Shown piece after piece: positions 10,787-18,973 of a stretch of DNA of 48,989 nucleotides. Made by a program: the position numbers and the translations under genes. This DNA comes from Burkholderiales bacterium (lineage in GTDB: Bacteria > Pseudomonadota > Gammaproteobacteria > Burkholderiales > SG8-39): contig DATNCP010000195.1 of NCBI GenBank assembly GCA_035607175.1, positions 1 through 48,989 on the forward strand, in the 5' to 3' direction. Position 1 is the first letter of the stretch; each line of letters starts with the position of its first letter. The notes below the pieces were generated by a model. The model had not been told where the DNA came from. It searched no databases and saw only the letters and a list, made by a program, of their open reading frames with translations.

Positions 10787-11998
10787 TCAGCCGCCGGCGC
10801 GCGCCTTCATCACTTCGGCGCAGCTGCGCGCCACGGTCTCGGTGTTGATCGCCTTGACGTCGCCCATGCCGATGCCATCGGGCAGGCCCGGGTCGCGCTT
10901 CACGTTGCCGACGTAGAAGTTGTACATCGCCATGTGGTCGCAGGCGCGCACCTTGGTGAGGCCGGTCGGGCCCTCGAATTGCACGGTGCCGAGCACTTTG
11001 CGGACGCGATCGACGTCGTCGCTGCCCGCCTTGCGGATTCCCTCGACCAGCATCTTGCCCGCGACGTAGCCGACCGCCGTCGAGCCGGTGGGGTAGGTCT
11101 TCATGCGCTTCTCGATCTCGGCGGCGAAGGCTTTCGATTTCGCGCTGTCGATGGCGTAGAAGGGATACCAGACCGTGCCCATGGTGTTGGGCGGCAGCGA
11201 GTCCTTCAGCGCGCCCATCTTGGCGAGGTCGAGGCCGTGGGTGAAGAACTGCGTCTTGTCGCTGAACAGGCCGAAGTCCTTCGCCGAGCGCAGGAAGTTG
11301 ACCAGGTCGGCGCCGAACATGCCGCCGACCACGAGGTCGACGGGCTGCGCCTGCAGCGCGGTGACGTGCGGGCCGAAGTCGGTGGCGCCCAGCTTGTGCA
11401 GCTCCTGGCGAACGACGGTGATGTCCGGGCGCGCCACCTTGAGGCCGGCGACGAAATCCGCCATGAAGTGCTGGCCGTACTCGTAGTCCGGCGCGATGAC
11501 CGCGACGCGCTTGATGTCCGGGCGCGACTTCAGGTGCTCGGCCATGACGCGGCCGATCTCGACCGTGGACAGGTTGGCGCGCGCGACGTAGTCGTGGCCG
11601 GCTTCGCCGGTGAGGCGCTTGGTGGTGGCGAAGCCGCCGTTGATCAGGACCTTGTACTCCTTGCCGAGATTGCCGACCGCGACCGCCGCGCCGCTGTGGA
11701 TGCCGACGGTGACGAACTTGATCTTCTCCTCGAGGATCATGCGCCGGCCTTCGGTGACGGCTTTCTCGACCGAGCCGCCCATGTCGGCGGTGACGAGCTG
11801 GAACTGGCGGCCGTTCAGGCCGCCGGCGGCATTGGCCTCGTCCACCGCGATCTGGAAGCCGGTGCGGATGCTGTCGGCGATGAACGCGAAGCCGCCGCTG
11901 TAGATGTCGATCAGGCCGAGCTTGACCGGCTCGCGCGCCTGGGCTTGCGCGGCCGCCGGCACGACGCACAGCGCAACGATGAGAAGGGTTCGGAGCAT
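10787..11998 (-). CDS. ABC transporter periplasmic substrate-binding protein (LivK/type I PBP family)
   Basis: 403 aa with signal peptide MLRTLLIVALCVVPAAAQA. The Leu/Ile/Val-binding-protein-like fold is inferred from sequence character (..KLGLIDIYSGGFA..). Confidence 0.8.
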   Translation of the reverse strand: MLRTLLIVALCVVPAAAQAQAREPVKLGLIDIYSGGFAFIADSIRTGFQIAVDEANAAGGLNGRQFQLVTADMGGSVEKAVTEGRRMILEEKIKFVTVGIHSGAAVAVGNLGKEYKVLINGGFATTKRLTGEAGHDYVARANLSTVEIGRVMAEHLKSRPDIKRVAVIAPDYEYGQHFMADFVAGLKVARPDITVVRQELHKLGATDFGPHVTALQAQPVDLVVGGMFGADLVNFLRSAKDFGLFSDKTQFFTHGLDLAKMGALKDSLPPNTMGTVWYPFYAIDSAKSKAFAAEIEKRMKTYPTGSTAVGYVAGKMLVEGIRKAGSDDVDRVRKVLGTVQFEGPTGLTKVRACDHMAMYNFYVGNVKRDPGLPDGIGMGDVKAINTETVARSCAEVMKARAGG

Positions 11999-12025
11999 GG
12001 TCGCCTCGCTTTAGGGTGTTGCGAA

Positions 12026-12037
12026 TTGTCTGGACAA
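12026..12037. promoter_or_regulatory. candidate GntR operator TTGTCTGGACAA (site 3 of 3)
   Basis: Lies in the 81-nt divergent region between the SBP gene (start 11998, minus strand) and the LivH-like gene (start 12080, plus strand). Confidence 0.4.
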
Positions 12038-12079
12038 GGCTCTCCCGTTGTCAAGGCGCTTCCGGCATACTCGGCGGCG

Positions 12080-12994
12080 GTGATCGAGTTCCTCTCGCAG
12101 CACTTTTCCTGGGCGCAGAACCCGGTCGTCGTCGCGCGGCAGGTGCTCGCTGGAATCTCGAACGGCATGCTGCTGTTCCTCATCTCGGCGGGCCTGTCCC
12201 TCATCTTCGGCGTGCTGCGCATCATCAACTTCGCGCACGGCGCGCTGTTCATGCTCGGCGCGTTCGTCGCCGTGAGCGTCCTTAGCCTCTCGCCCGGCGG
12301 CGGCTGGGCCTACGTCGGCGCGCTCGGCGCCGCCACCGCCGCCCTCGCCGTTTTCGGCGCCGCGGTCGAGGCCGGCCTGCTGCGGCGAATCTATCGCGCC
12401 CCGCATGAATTCCAGCTGCTGCTCACCTTCGCGCTGGTGTTCGTGCTCGGCGACGTGGCGAAGCTGCTGTGGGGCCGCGAAGACCACTCGACCTCGGTGC
12501 CGGCGCTGCTCGACGGCAGCATGCGCGCCCTCGGCCTCACCTTCCCGAGCTACCGCCTGTTCCTGATCGGCGCCGGCCTTGCCGTGGCCCTCGGGCTGTG
12601 GCTGGTCCTGCACCGGACGCGCTGGGGCATCTTCGTGCGCGCTGCGACCATGGACCGCGGCATGCTGAGCGCGCTCGGCGTGAATACGCGGCTGCTCTTC
12701 ACCAGCGTCTTCGCCGCGGGCGCCGCGCTCGCGGGCCTGGGCGGCGCGCTGGCGGCGCCGATCGTCGCCGTCGGTCCCGGCCTGCACGTGCAGGTGATCA
12801 TCGACGCGTTCGTGGTTGTCGTCATCGGCGGCATGGGCAGCGTGATGGGCGCGCTCGTCGCCTCGCTCCTCGTCGGCATCGTCAATGCGTTCGGCCTGCT
12901 CGCATTCCCCGGCCTCGCGGTCGTGCTGACCTTCGCCGTGATGGCGGTGGTGCTGGTGGTACGGCCCCACGGCCTCTTCGGGGTGCCGGAATGA
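12080..12994 (+). CDS. branched-chain-type ABC transporter permease (LivH-like)
   Basis: Hydrophobic, with the LivH motif ..GMLLFLISAGLSLIFGVLRIINFAHGALFMLGAF... GTG start at 12080 was chosen. The long 5' extension of track ORF 10604-12994 is antisense to the SBP and LivF genes. Confidence 0.75.
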   Translation: MIEFLSQHFSWAQNPVVVARQVLAGISNGMLLFLISAGLSLIFGVLRIINFAHGALFMLGAFVAVSVLSLSPGGGWAYVGALGAATAALAVFGAAVEAGLLRRIYRAPHEFQLLLTFALVFVLGDVAKLLWGREDHSTSVPALLDGSMRALGLTFPSYRLFLIGAGLAVALGLWLVLHRTRWGIFVRAATMDRGMLSALGVNTRLLFTSVFAAGAALAGLGGALAAPIVAVGPGLHVQVIIDAFVVVVIGGMGSVMGALVASLLVGIVNAFGLLAFPGLAVVLTFAVMAVVLVVRPHGLFGVPE

Positions 12995-13908
12995 AGCCCG
13001 CCGGCCGGCTCGCCCTCGGTGCCGCGGCGCTGCTCGCGCTGCCGCTCGCGATTTCGGACTTCTGGATCTTCATCGCGATTGAAGTCCTCGCCTTCGCGCT
13101 CTACGCGGTGAGCTTCAACGTGCTGCTCGGCTACGGCGGCATGCTTTCCTTCGGCCACGCGGCCTTCTTCGGCGTCGGCGGCTACGCGGCGGCGATCCTC
13201 ATGAAAAAAGCCGGCCTGCCGCCGGGTGTCGCCTTCGCCGCCCTGCCGCTGGTCGCCATGGTCGCCGCCGCCGCCGTCGCCGTCGTCGTCGGCTACTTCT
13301 CGGTGCGCCGCTCCGGCATCTACTTCGCGATGCTCACCTTTGCTTTCCAGATGCTCCTCTACGCGGTGGCGCTGAAGGCGACCGGCCTCACCGGCGGCGA
13401 CGACGGCATGACCGGGCTGAAGCCGCCCGGGCTGCTGGCACAACCGCTCGCCTACTACTACTTCGCCCTCGCCCTTGTCGCGCCCGCGCTCTACGTCCTC
13501 TTCCGCCTGGTGAGCTCGCCTTTCGGCTACGCGCTGCGCGCGCTACGCGGCAACCCGCGCCGCCTGCAGTACAGCGGCGTCGACGTGCGCGCCCACCAGC
13601 TCGCCGCGTTCGTCATCACCGGCGCTTTCGCCGGGCTCGCCGGCGGCATCTTCGCGCTCTCGAGCGGCAACGTCTTTCCCGGCTGGCTCAACTGGACGGC
13701 GAGCGCGACGCCGATCGTGATGGCGGTGCTCGGCGGCGTCCACAGCTTCCTCGGGCCGGCGCTCGGCGCCGCGGTCTATGTGGTGCTCGAGGTGCTGATC
13801 AGCGGCAAGACGGAGTACTGGCCGCTGGCGATGGGCATCATCATCCTGATCCTCGTGCTGCTGATGCCCGAGGGCCTGACCGGCCTCGCGAGAAGGAGGA
13901 CCGCGTGA
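12991..13908 (+). CDS. branched-chain-type ABC transporter permease (LivM-like)
   Basis: The motif ..LLGYGGMLSFGHAAFFGVGGYAAA.. is typical of LivM. ATGA overlap with the LivH-like gene. Confidence 0.8.
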   Translation: MKPAGRLALGAAALLALPLAISDFWIFIAIEVLAFALYAVSFNVLLGYGGMLSFGHAAFFGVGGYAAAILMKKAGLPPGVAFAALPLVAMVAAAAVAVVVGYFSVRRSGIYFAMLTFAFQMLLYAVALKATGLTGGDDGMTGLKPPGLLAQPLAYYYFALALVAPALYVLFRLVSSPFGYALRALRGNPRRLQYSGVDVRAHQLAAFVITGAFAGLAGGIFALSSGNVFPGWLNWTASATPIVMAVLGGVHSFLGPALGAAVYVVLEVLISGKTEYWPLAMGIIILILVLLMPEGLTGLARRRTA

Positions 13909-14645
13909 TCCTCGAGGTGCAGGGCCTCGCCAAGCGCTTCGGCGGCCTGCAGGCGCTCGACGGCGTCGACCTCTCCGTCGAGCCGGGAGAATTCCGCGCC
14001 ATCATCGGCCCCAACGGCGCGGGCAAGAGCACCTTCTTCAACACCCTCACCGGCCTGCTGCAGCCCGACAGCGGGCGCGTCCGCTTCGAGGGCCGCGATG
14101 TGACCGGCACCCCGCCGCACCTGCTCGCGCGCCTGGGCGTGGGCCGCACTTTCCAGATCACCAGCATCTTCCACGACCTGACCGCGCTGGAGAACGTGCA
14201 GGTGGCGCTGCTCGCGCATGCGCGCCAGGTCTGGAGCCTGTGGCCAAAAGCGCGCGCGCTGCATGGCGAGCGCGCGAAGCAGTTGCTCTCGCTCGTCGGC
14301 CTGGGTGGTGCTCTTGAAAGGCAGGCGGGGACCCTCGCGCACGGCGACCAGAAGCGCCTCGAGCTCGCCATCGCCCTCGCCGGCGAGCCGCGGCTGCTGC
14401 TGCTCGACGAGCCCACCGCCGGCATGGCGGCACAGGAACGCCTCGAATCGATCCGGCTGGTGCACCGGCTGGCGCAGGAGCTCGGCCTGTCGTGCGTCTT
14501 CACCGAGCACGACATGGCCGTGGTGTTCGCCGTTGCCACGCGCATTACCGTCATGCACCAGGGCAAGGTACTGGCCGAGGGTACGCCGGCGGAAGTGCGC
14601 GCGCGGCGCGAGGTGCAGCAGGTCTACCTTGGAGTGCCGGCTTGA
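13905..14645 (+). CDS. branched-chain-type ABC transporter ATP-binding protein (LivG-like)
   Basis: Walker A GPNGAGKST and Walker B LLLLDEPTAGM. GTG start in a GTGA overlap with the LivM-like stop. Confidence 0.85.
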   Translation: MILEVQGLAKRFGGLQALDGVDLSVEPGEFRAIIGPNGAGKSTFFNTLTGLLQPDSGRVRFEGRDVTGTPPHLLARLGVGRTFQITSIFHDLTALENVQVALLAHARQVWSLWPKARALHGERAKQLLSLVGLGGALERQAGTLAHGDQKRLELAIALAGEPRLLLLDEPTAGMAAQERLESIRLVHRLAQELGLSCVFTEHDMAVVFAVATRITVMHQGKVLAEGTPAEVRARREVQQVYLGVPA

Positions 14646-15799
14646 GCTTCGAGCGCGTTCCCGAGCACGAGATCCTGCGCGACAGCGTGCGAGAGTTCTT
14701 CGCCCGCGAGCTGCCCGAAGAGCGCATCCGCGAGATGGACCGCGCGCGGCGAATCCCGCGCGACCTCTGGCAGCGCTTTGCCAAGCTCGGCTGGTCGGGC
14801 CTGTCGGTGCCGACCGAGTACGGCGGAAGTGGCGCGGACGTGTCCACCGGCGCGGTGTTGTGCGAGGAGCTGGCGCGCCGCTTCCCCTCGCTCGCGACCG
14901 ACTGGCTGCTGATTTCGATGACCGCGCGGGTGCTGCGCGAATCGGGGACGGCGAAGCAGAAGGCCGAGCTCCTGCCGCGCCTCGCGGCGGGCGAGTTCCT
15001 GATGAGCTTCGGCATGAGCGAGCCGGGCGGCGGCACCGACGTCCTCGCGCTGAAGACGCGCGCCACGCTGCAGGGCAAGGAATGGGTGGTGCGCGGGCAG
15101 AAGCTCTACACGTCCTTTGCCGACGACGCCGACGCCATCCTCGTCCTGTGCCGGACCGATCCTGCCGAGGGCGCAAAGCGCTCGCGCGGCCTGTCGCTCG
15201 TGCTCACGCCCCGCAACCAGCCCGGCGTGCAGGTCCGGCGCCTCGAACTCATGGGCCAGCGGGCCGCCTGCACCTGCGAGGTGTTTCTCGACGATGCGCG
15301 CGCGCCGGCCGATGCGGTGGTCGGCGAGCAGGGCCGCGGCTGGCAGACGCTGCTCCGGACCCTCGACGAGGAGCGCATTCTCTGCGCGGCGATGTACGTC
15401 GGCATCACCGCCGCGGCGCTCGACCAGGCGCTGCAGTACGCGCGCGATCGCAACGCCTTCGGCCGCCCGATCGGCGCCTACCAGGCGGTGCAGCACCCGC
15501 TAGCGGAGACGGCGACGGAGCTCGAGCAGATTCGCCTCCTCACCGCGAAGGCCGCCTGGCTGCAGAGCCAGGGGCGCGATTGCGCCACCGAAGCGGCGAT
15601 GGCCAAGCTCGCCGCAAGCGAGACCGCGGTGCGCGCCACCGACCGCGGCATGCGCGTGCTGGGCGGCTACGGCCTCGTCGAGGCAAGCCCGATGGAGCGC
15701 CTGTTCCGCGACGCGCGGCTCGGCCCGTTCAGCCCGATCTCCAACGAGATGGTTCGCAACTTCGTCGCCGAGCGGCTCGGCCTGCCTCGCAGCTACTGA
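14642..15799 (+). CDS. acyl-CoA dehydrogenase
   Basis: ACAD motifs are present (MSEPGGGTDV, AFGRPIGAYQAVQHPLAE, PISNEMVRNFVAE). A TTG start at 14642 in a TTGA overlap is inferred, and the N-terminus LSFERVPEHEILRDSVREFF fits the family. Confidence 0.8.
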   Translation: MSFERVPEHEILRDSVREFFARELPEERIREMDRARRIPRDLWQRFAKLGWSGLSVPTEYGGSGADVSTGAVLCEELARRFPSLATDWLLISMTARVLRESGTAKQKAELLPRLAAGEFLMSFGMSEPGGGTDVLALKTRATLQGKEWVVRGQKLYTSFADDADAILVLCRTDPAEGAKRSRGLSLVLTPRNQPGVQVRRLELMGQRAACTCEVFLDDARAPADAVVGEQGRGWQTLLRTLDEERILCAAMYVGITAAALDQALQYARDRNAFGRPIGAYQAVQHPLAETATELEQIRLLTAKAAWLQSQGRDCATEAAMAKLAASETAVRATDRGMRVLGGYGLVEASPMERLFRDARLGPFSPISNEMVRNFVAERLGLPRSY

Positions 15800-16965
15800 T
15801 GAGCCTGAAACGGACCGCCTGCATCGCCGGCGCATTCGAGCATCCGACGCGCAAGGCGCCGGACAAATCGACCGCCCAGTTGCATGCCGAGGTCGCCAGG
15901 GGCGCGCTGGCGGATGCCGGGATCGACCGCGAGGACGTCGACGGCTACTTCTGCGCGGGCGACGCGCCGGGGCTGGGCGCGCTGTCCATGCTCGACTACC
16001 TCGGCCTCAAGGTGCGGCACATGGACACCACCGAGACCGGCGGCTCGTCGTACGTGGTCCACGTCGCGCACGCCGCCGAGGCGATCGCGGCCGGACGCTG
16101 CAACGTCGCGCTGATCACGCTCGCCGGCCGGCCTCGCTCCGAAGGCTCGAGCGGCACGCAGCCGCGCAACTACGGCGCCTCGGCGCCCGACGCGGCGTTC
16201 GAGGTGCCGTACGGCGGCGCGACGGTCAACATGTACGCGATGGTGGCGATGCGCCACATGCACGAGTTCGGCACGACCAGCGAGCAGCTCGCCTGGATCA
16301 AGGTCGCCGCGTCCCACCACGCGCAGCACAATCCGCACGCCATGCTGCGCGAAGTCGTGACGGTGAAGGACGTGCTCGCTTCGCCGATGATCGCCGATCC
16401 CCTGCACCGGCTCGACTGCTGCGTGGTCAGCGACGGCGGCGGCGCGCTGGTGGTGACGCGGCCCGAGATCGCGCGCGACCTCAAGCGCCCGGTCGTGCGC
16501 GTGCTCGGCGCCGGCGAAGCCATGAAAGGCCAGTCCGGCGGCAGGATCGACCTGACCTGGTCCGCGTCGGCGTGGTCGGGCGCCGCCGCCTTCGCCGAGG
16601 CCGGCGTGAAGCCCGCCGACATCCAGTACGTCTCGATCTACGACAGCTTCACCATCACGGTACTGATGCAGCTCGAGGACCTCGGCTTCTGCGCCAAGGG
16701 CGCGGGCGGCCGCTTCGTCGCCGACGGCGGCCTCATCTCCGGCAGCGGCCGCCTGCCTTTCAATACCGACGGCGGCGGGCTGTCCAACAATCACCCGGGC
16801 AACCGCGGCGGGATGACCAAGGTCATCGAGGCGGTGCGCCAGCTGCGCGGCGAGGCTCATCCCGCGGTGCAGGTGAAGAACTGCGCGCTCGCGCTCGCCA
16901 ACGGCACCGGCGGCCAGCTCGGCTCGCGGCACGGCTCGGCGACGCTGATCCTGGAGCGGGCATGA
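15799..16965 (+). CDS. thiolase-fold protein, SCP-x/Ltp-like, apparently lacking the nucleophilic Cys
   Basis: 388 aa with a thiolase-like N-terminus (ACIAGAFEHPTRK..) and C-terminus (NTDGGGLSNNHPGNRGG). At the expected C-A-S-G position the sequence reads TETGGSSY. Confidence 0.75.
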   Translation: MSLKRTACIAGAFEHPTRKAPDKSTAQLHAEVARGALADAGIDREDVDGYFCAGDAPGLGALSMLDYLGLKVRHMDTTETGGSSYVVHVAHAAEAIAAGRCNVALITLAGRPRSEGSSGTQPRNYGASAPDAAFEVPYGGATVNMYAMVAMRHMHEFGTTSEQLAWIKVAASHHAQHNPHAMLREVVTVKDVLASPMIADPLHRLDCCVVSDGGGALVVTRPEIARDLKRPVVRVLGAGEAMKGQSGGRIDLTWSASAWSGAAAFAEAGVKPADIQYVSIYDSFTITVLMQLEDLGFCAKGAGGRFVADGGLISGSGRLPFNTDGGGLSNNHPGNRGGMTKVIEAVRQLRGEAHPAVQVKNCALALANGTGGQLGSRHGSATLILERA

Positions 16966-17336
16966 AGATCCCCTCGCCGCCGATCAATCCCGAGAACAAG
17001 GCCTTCTTCGACGCCGCGCGCGAAGGCAAGCTGCTTCTGGGAAAATGTTTCTCCTGCAAGGCGCTCCACTACTATCCGCGCGCGATCTGCCCATTCTGCT
17101 CGGGCGAAACCGGGCCCGTGGCCGCGAAGGGGGGCGGCAAGCTGTATTCGTACAGCGTGATGCGCCGCGTCGCCGAGCCGTACGCCATCGCCTACGTGAC
17201 GCTCGAGGAAGGCGTGACGATGCTGACGAACATGGTCGATTGCGACCTGGACCGACTGAAGATCGGCGATGCGGTGCGAGTCGTGTTCAAGGCCGCCGAA
17301 GGTGGAGAAATGATCCCGATGTTCACGCCCGCATGA
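16962..17336 (+). CDS. DUF35 OB-fold/zinc-ribbon protein (thiolase partner)
   Basis: 124 aa. Zinc ribbon C-F-S-C..(12 aa)..C-P-F-C, followed by an OB-fold-like segment. ATGA overlap with the thiolase-like gene. Confidence 0.8.
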   Translation: MKIPSPPINPENKAFFDAAREGKLLLGKCFSCKALHYYPRAICPFCSGETGPVAAKGGGKLYSYSVMRRVAEPYAIAYVTLEEGVTMLTNMVDCDLDRLKIGDAVRVVFKAAEGGEMIPMFTPA

Positions 17337-18469
17337 GCTTTACCGCCCTCAAGCCCGCAAGCTTCCCGTGGTACGACTACTCACGCTACTCGTTCTCGCT
17401 CGGACTGAAGAGCGCGTCCGGAACGTATCTGTCCGGCCACACCGGATCGCAGTACGACGCGGCGACGAAGCGCATCGTCGTGCGCGGCGGGATGACCGAT
17501 CAGGTGCGCACCGCGTGGGCGAAGATCGGCGCAATCCTCGAGTCCGGCGGCCTGAGCTACGGCGACGTGGTGCGCGTAGTCGAGTATGTGAAGCCCGAAG
17601 GCATCGAGCGCTATGCCGAAGCGGATGCGCTGCGCCGCGAGATTTTCAGGGGACATCGACCCGTCGTGCACACCGTGCCGGTGAAGGCGCTGCTGCGGCC
17701 GGAGGCTTTCATCGAGATCGAAGTCACCGCCAGCGCGGCGCCAGGCGCCAAGCTCTCTTCGGGAGTTGTATTCCTGCCGACCGTCCAACCCGTGGACGAC
17801 CAGGGCAACATCGTCGGCGCGGGCGACGTCGTCGCGCAGGCGCGCGCCATCTTCGAGCGCGCGGGCCGAATGCTCGCCGCGCTCGGCGTCGGCTTCGACC
17901 GCGTGGTGAAGACGCTCGACTACCTCACGCCGGCGGCGCTCGCGGCCTACAAAGGCACCGGGCGCGTGCGCAAAGAGCACCTCGGCCCCGTGTATCCGGG
18001 CGCGGCGGGCATCCTGATGCCGCGCCTCGTCCATCCGGAAGCGCTGATCCAGTACGACTTCATCGCCACGCGCGATACGCCGGTCGCGGTCAACCCGGGC
18101 TGGACGCGCTACCAGAAGCTCACCTACAGCCCCGCGGTGCGCGCCGGCAAGCTGCTCTTCATGTCGGGCCAGGGTTCGCTCGACCCCGCGACCGAGCGCG
18201 TCGTGCACGACGGCGACGTGGTCGCGCAGGCCGAGTACACCTATGGCAACGTGATCAAGGTGCTGGAAGCCGCCGGCGCGGGCCCGCAGAACCTGGTGAA
18301 GACCATCGAGTACGTGACGCCGGCCGCGCTCGCGCGCTATCGCGATGTCGCCAAGGTGCGCGAGAAGCTGCTGCGCGCGCCCTGGCCTGCCTCCACCGGC
18401 CTCGTCTGCGAGGCGCTATTGCGCCCCGAGATGCAGATCGAGATCGACCCCTTCGCGGTATTGGACTGA
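17333..18469 (+). CDS. triple-tandem RidA/YjgF/TdcF-family domain protein
   Basis: 378 aa readable as three consecutive RidA-like modules of about 115-133 aa. Each contains G(H/Q)TG/SGQG-type and ..V(K/R)..(E/D)Y(V/L).. segments and ends in an xIEIE/IEID-like strand. Confidence 0.7.
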   Translation: MSFTALKPASFPWYDYSRYSFSLGLKSASGTYLSGHTGSQYDAATKRIVVRGGMTDQVRTAWAKIGAILESGGLSYGDVVRVVEYVKPEGIERYAEADALRREIFRGHRPVVHTVPVKALLRPEAFIEIEVTASAAPGAKLSSGVVFLPTVQPVDDQGNIVGAGDVVAQARAIFERAGRMLAALGVGFDRVVKTLDYLTPAALAAYKGTGRVRKEHLGPVYPGAAGILMPRLVHPEALIQYDFIATRDTPVAVNPGWTRYQKLTYSPAVRAGKLLFMSGQGSLDPATERVVHDGDVVAQAEYTYGNVIKVLEAAGAGPQNLVKTIEYVTPAALARYRDVAKVREKLLRAPWPASTGLVCEALLRPEMQIEIDPFAVLD

Positions 18470-18481
18470 AATGCGCGACTC

Positions 18482-18973
18482 GTGACGCTCCTCACCGACG
18501 ACCTGAAGTCCTGGATCGGCCGCGAAGCGCACTACCCGGCGCGCGAGGAACTGGGCCGCGCGTCGATTCGCTACTTCGCGCTCGCGCTGGACGACGACAA
18601 CCCGCTCTATCTCGACGACGCCTTTGCGAAGAAGGCCGGCTATCCGTCGGTGATCGCGCCGCCGACGCTGATCTGCGAAAGCAACCAGTACGTGCACCAG
18701 GCGCCCAACGCGGACGGCTACATCGGCCACGAGTGGCACCTGCCGGTGGCGAACGCGCGGCTGATCCGTGCCGGCAACGACTACGAGTTCATGCGGCCGC
18801 TGCTGCCGGCCGACCGCATCTCGGTCACCTGGACGCTGGAAAGCATCGTCGAGAAGCCGTCCTCGCGCGGCGGCACGCAGCTCTTCGTCTCCTCCGTGGG
18901 ACGCTATCTCGACGCGAAGGGCGAGGTCGTGGCAGTCAACCGCGAGACGATCGTCTACCAGCCGCTCAAATGA
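18482..18973 (+). CDS. hotdog-fold protein, FAS1-like/MaoC N-terminal-type dehydratase subunit
   Basis: 163 aa, GTG start. The segment ..IRYFALALDDDNPLYLDDAFAKKAGYPSVIAPPT.. is typical of the N-terminal half of MaoC-like hydratases. Confidence 0.7.
   Translation: MTLLTDDLKSWIGREAHYPAREELGRASIRYFALALDDDNPLYLDDAFAKKAGYPSVIAPPTLICESNQYVHQAPNADGYIGHEWHLPVANARLIRAGNDYEFMRPLLPADRISVTWTLESIVEKPSSRGGTQLFVSSVGRYLDAKGEVVAVNRETIVYQPLK

Noticed and set aside
10604-12079. The 5' two-thirds of ORF 10604-12994 (plus strand, 796 aa) as an N-terminal extension of the LivH-like permease.
   Set aside because: It is antisense to the well-supported LivF-like and binding-protein genes and has low-complexity Ala/Arg/Asp/Gly composition. 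The permease signature starts only after 12080.
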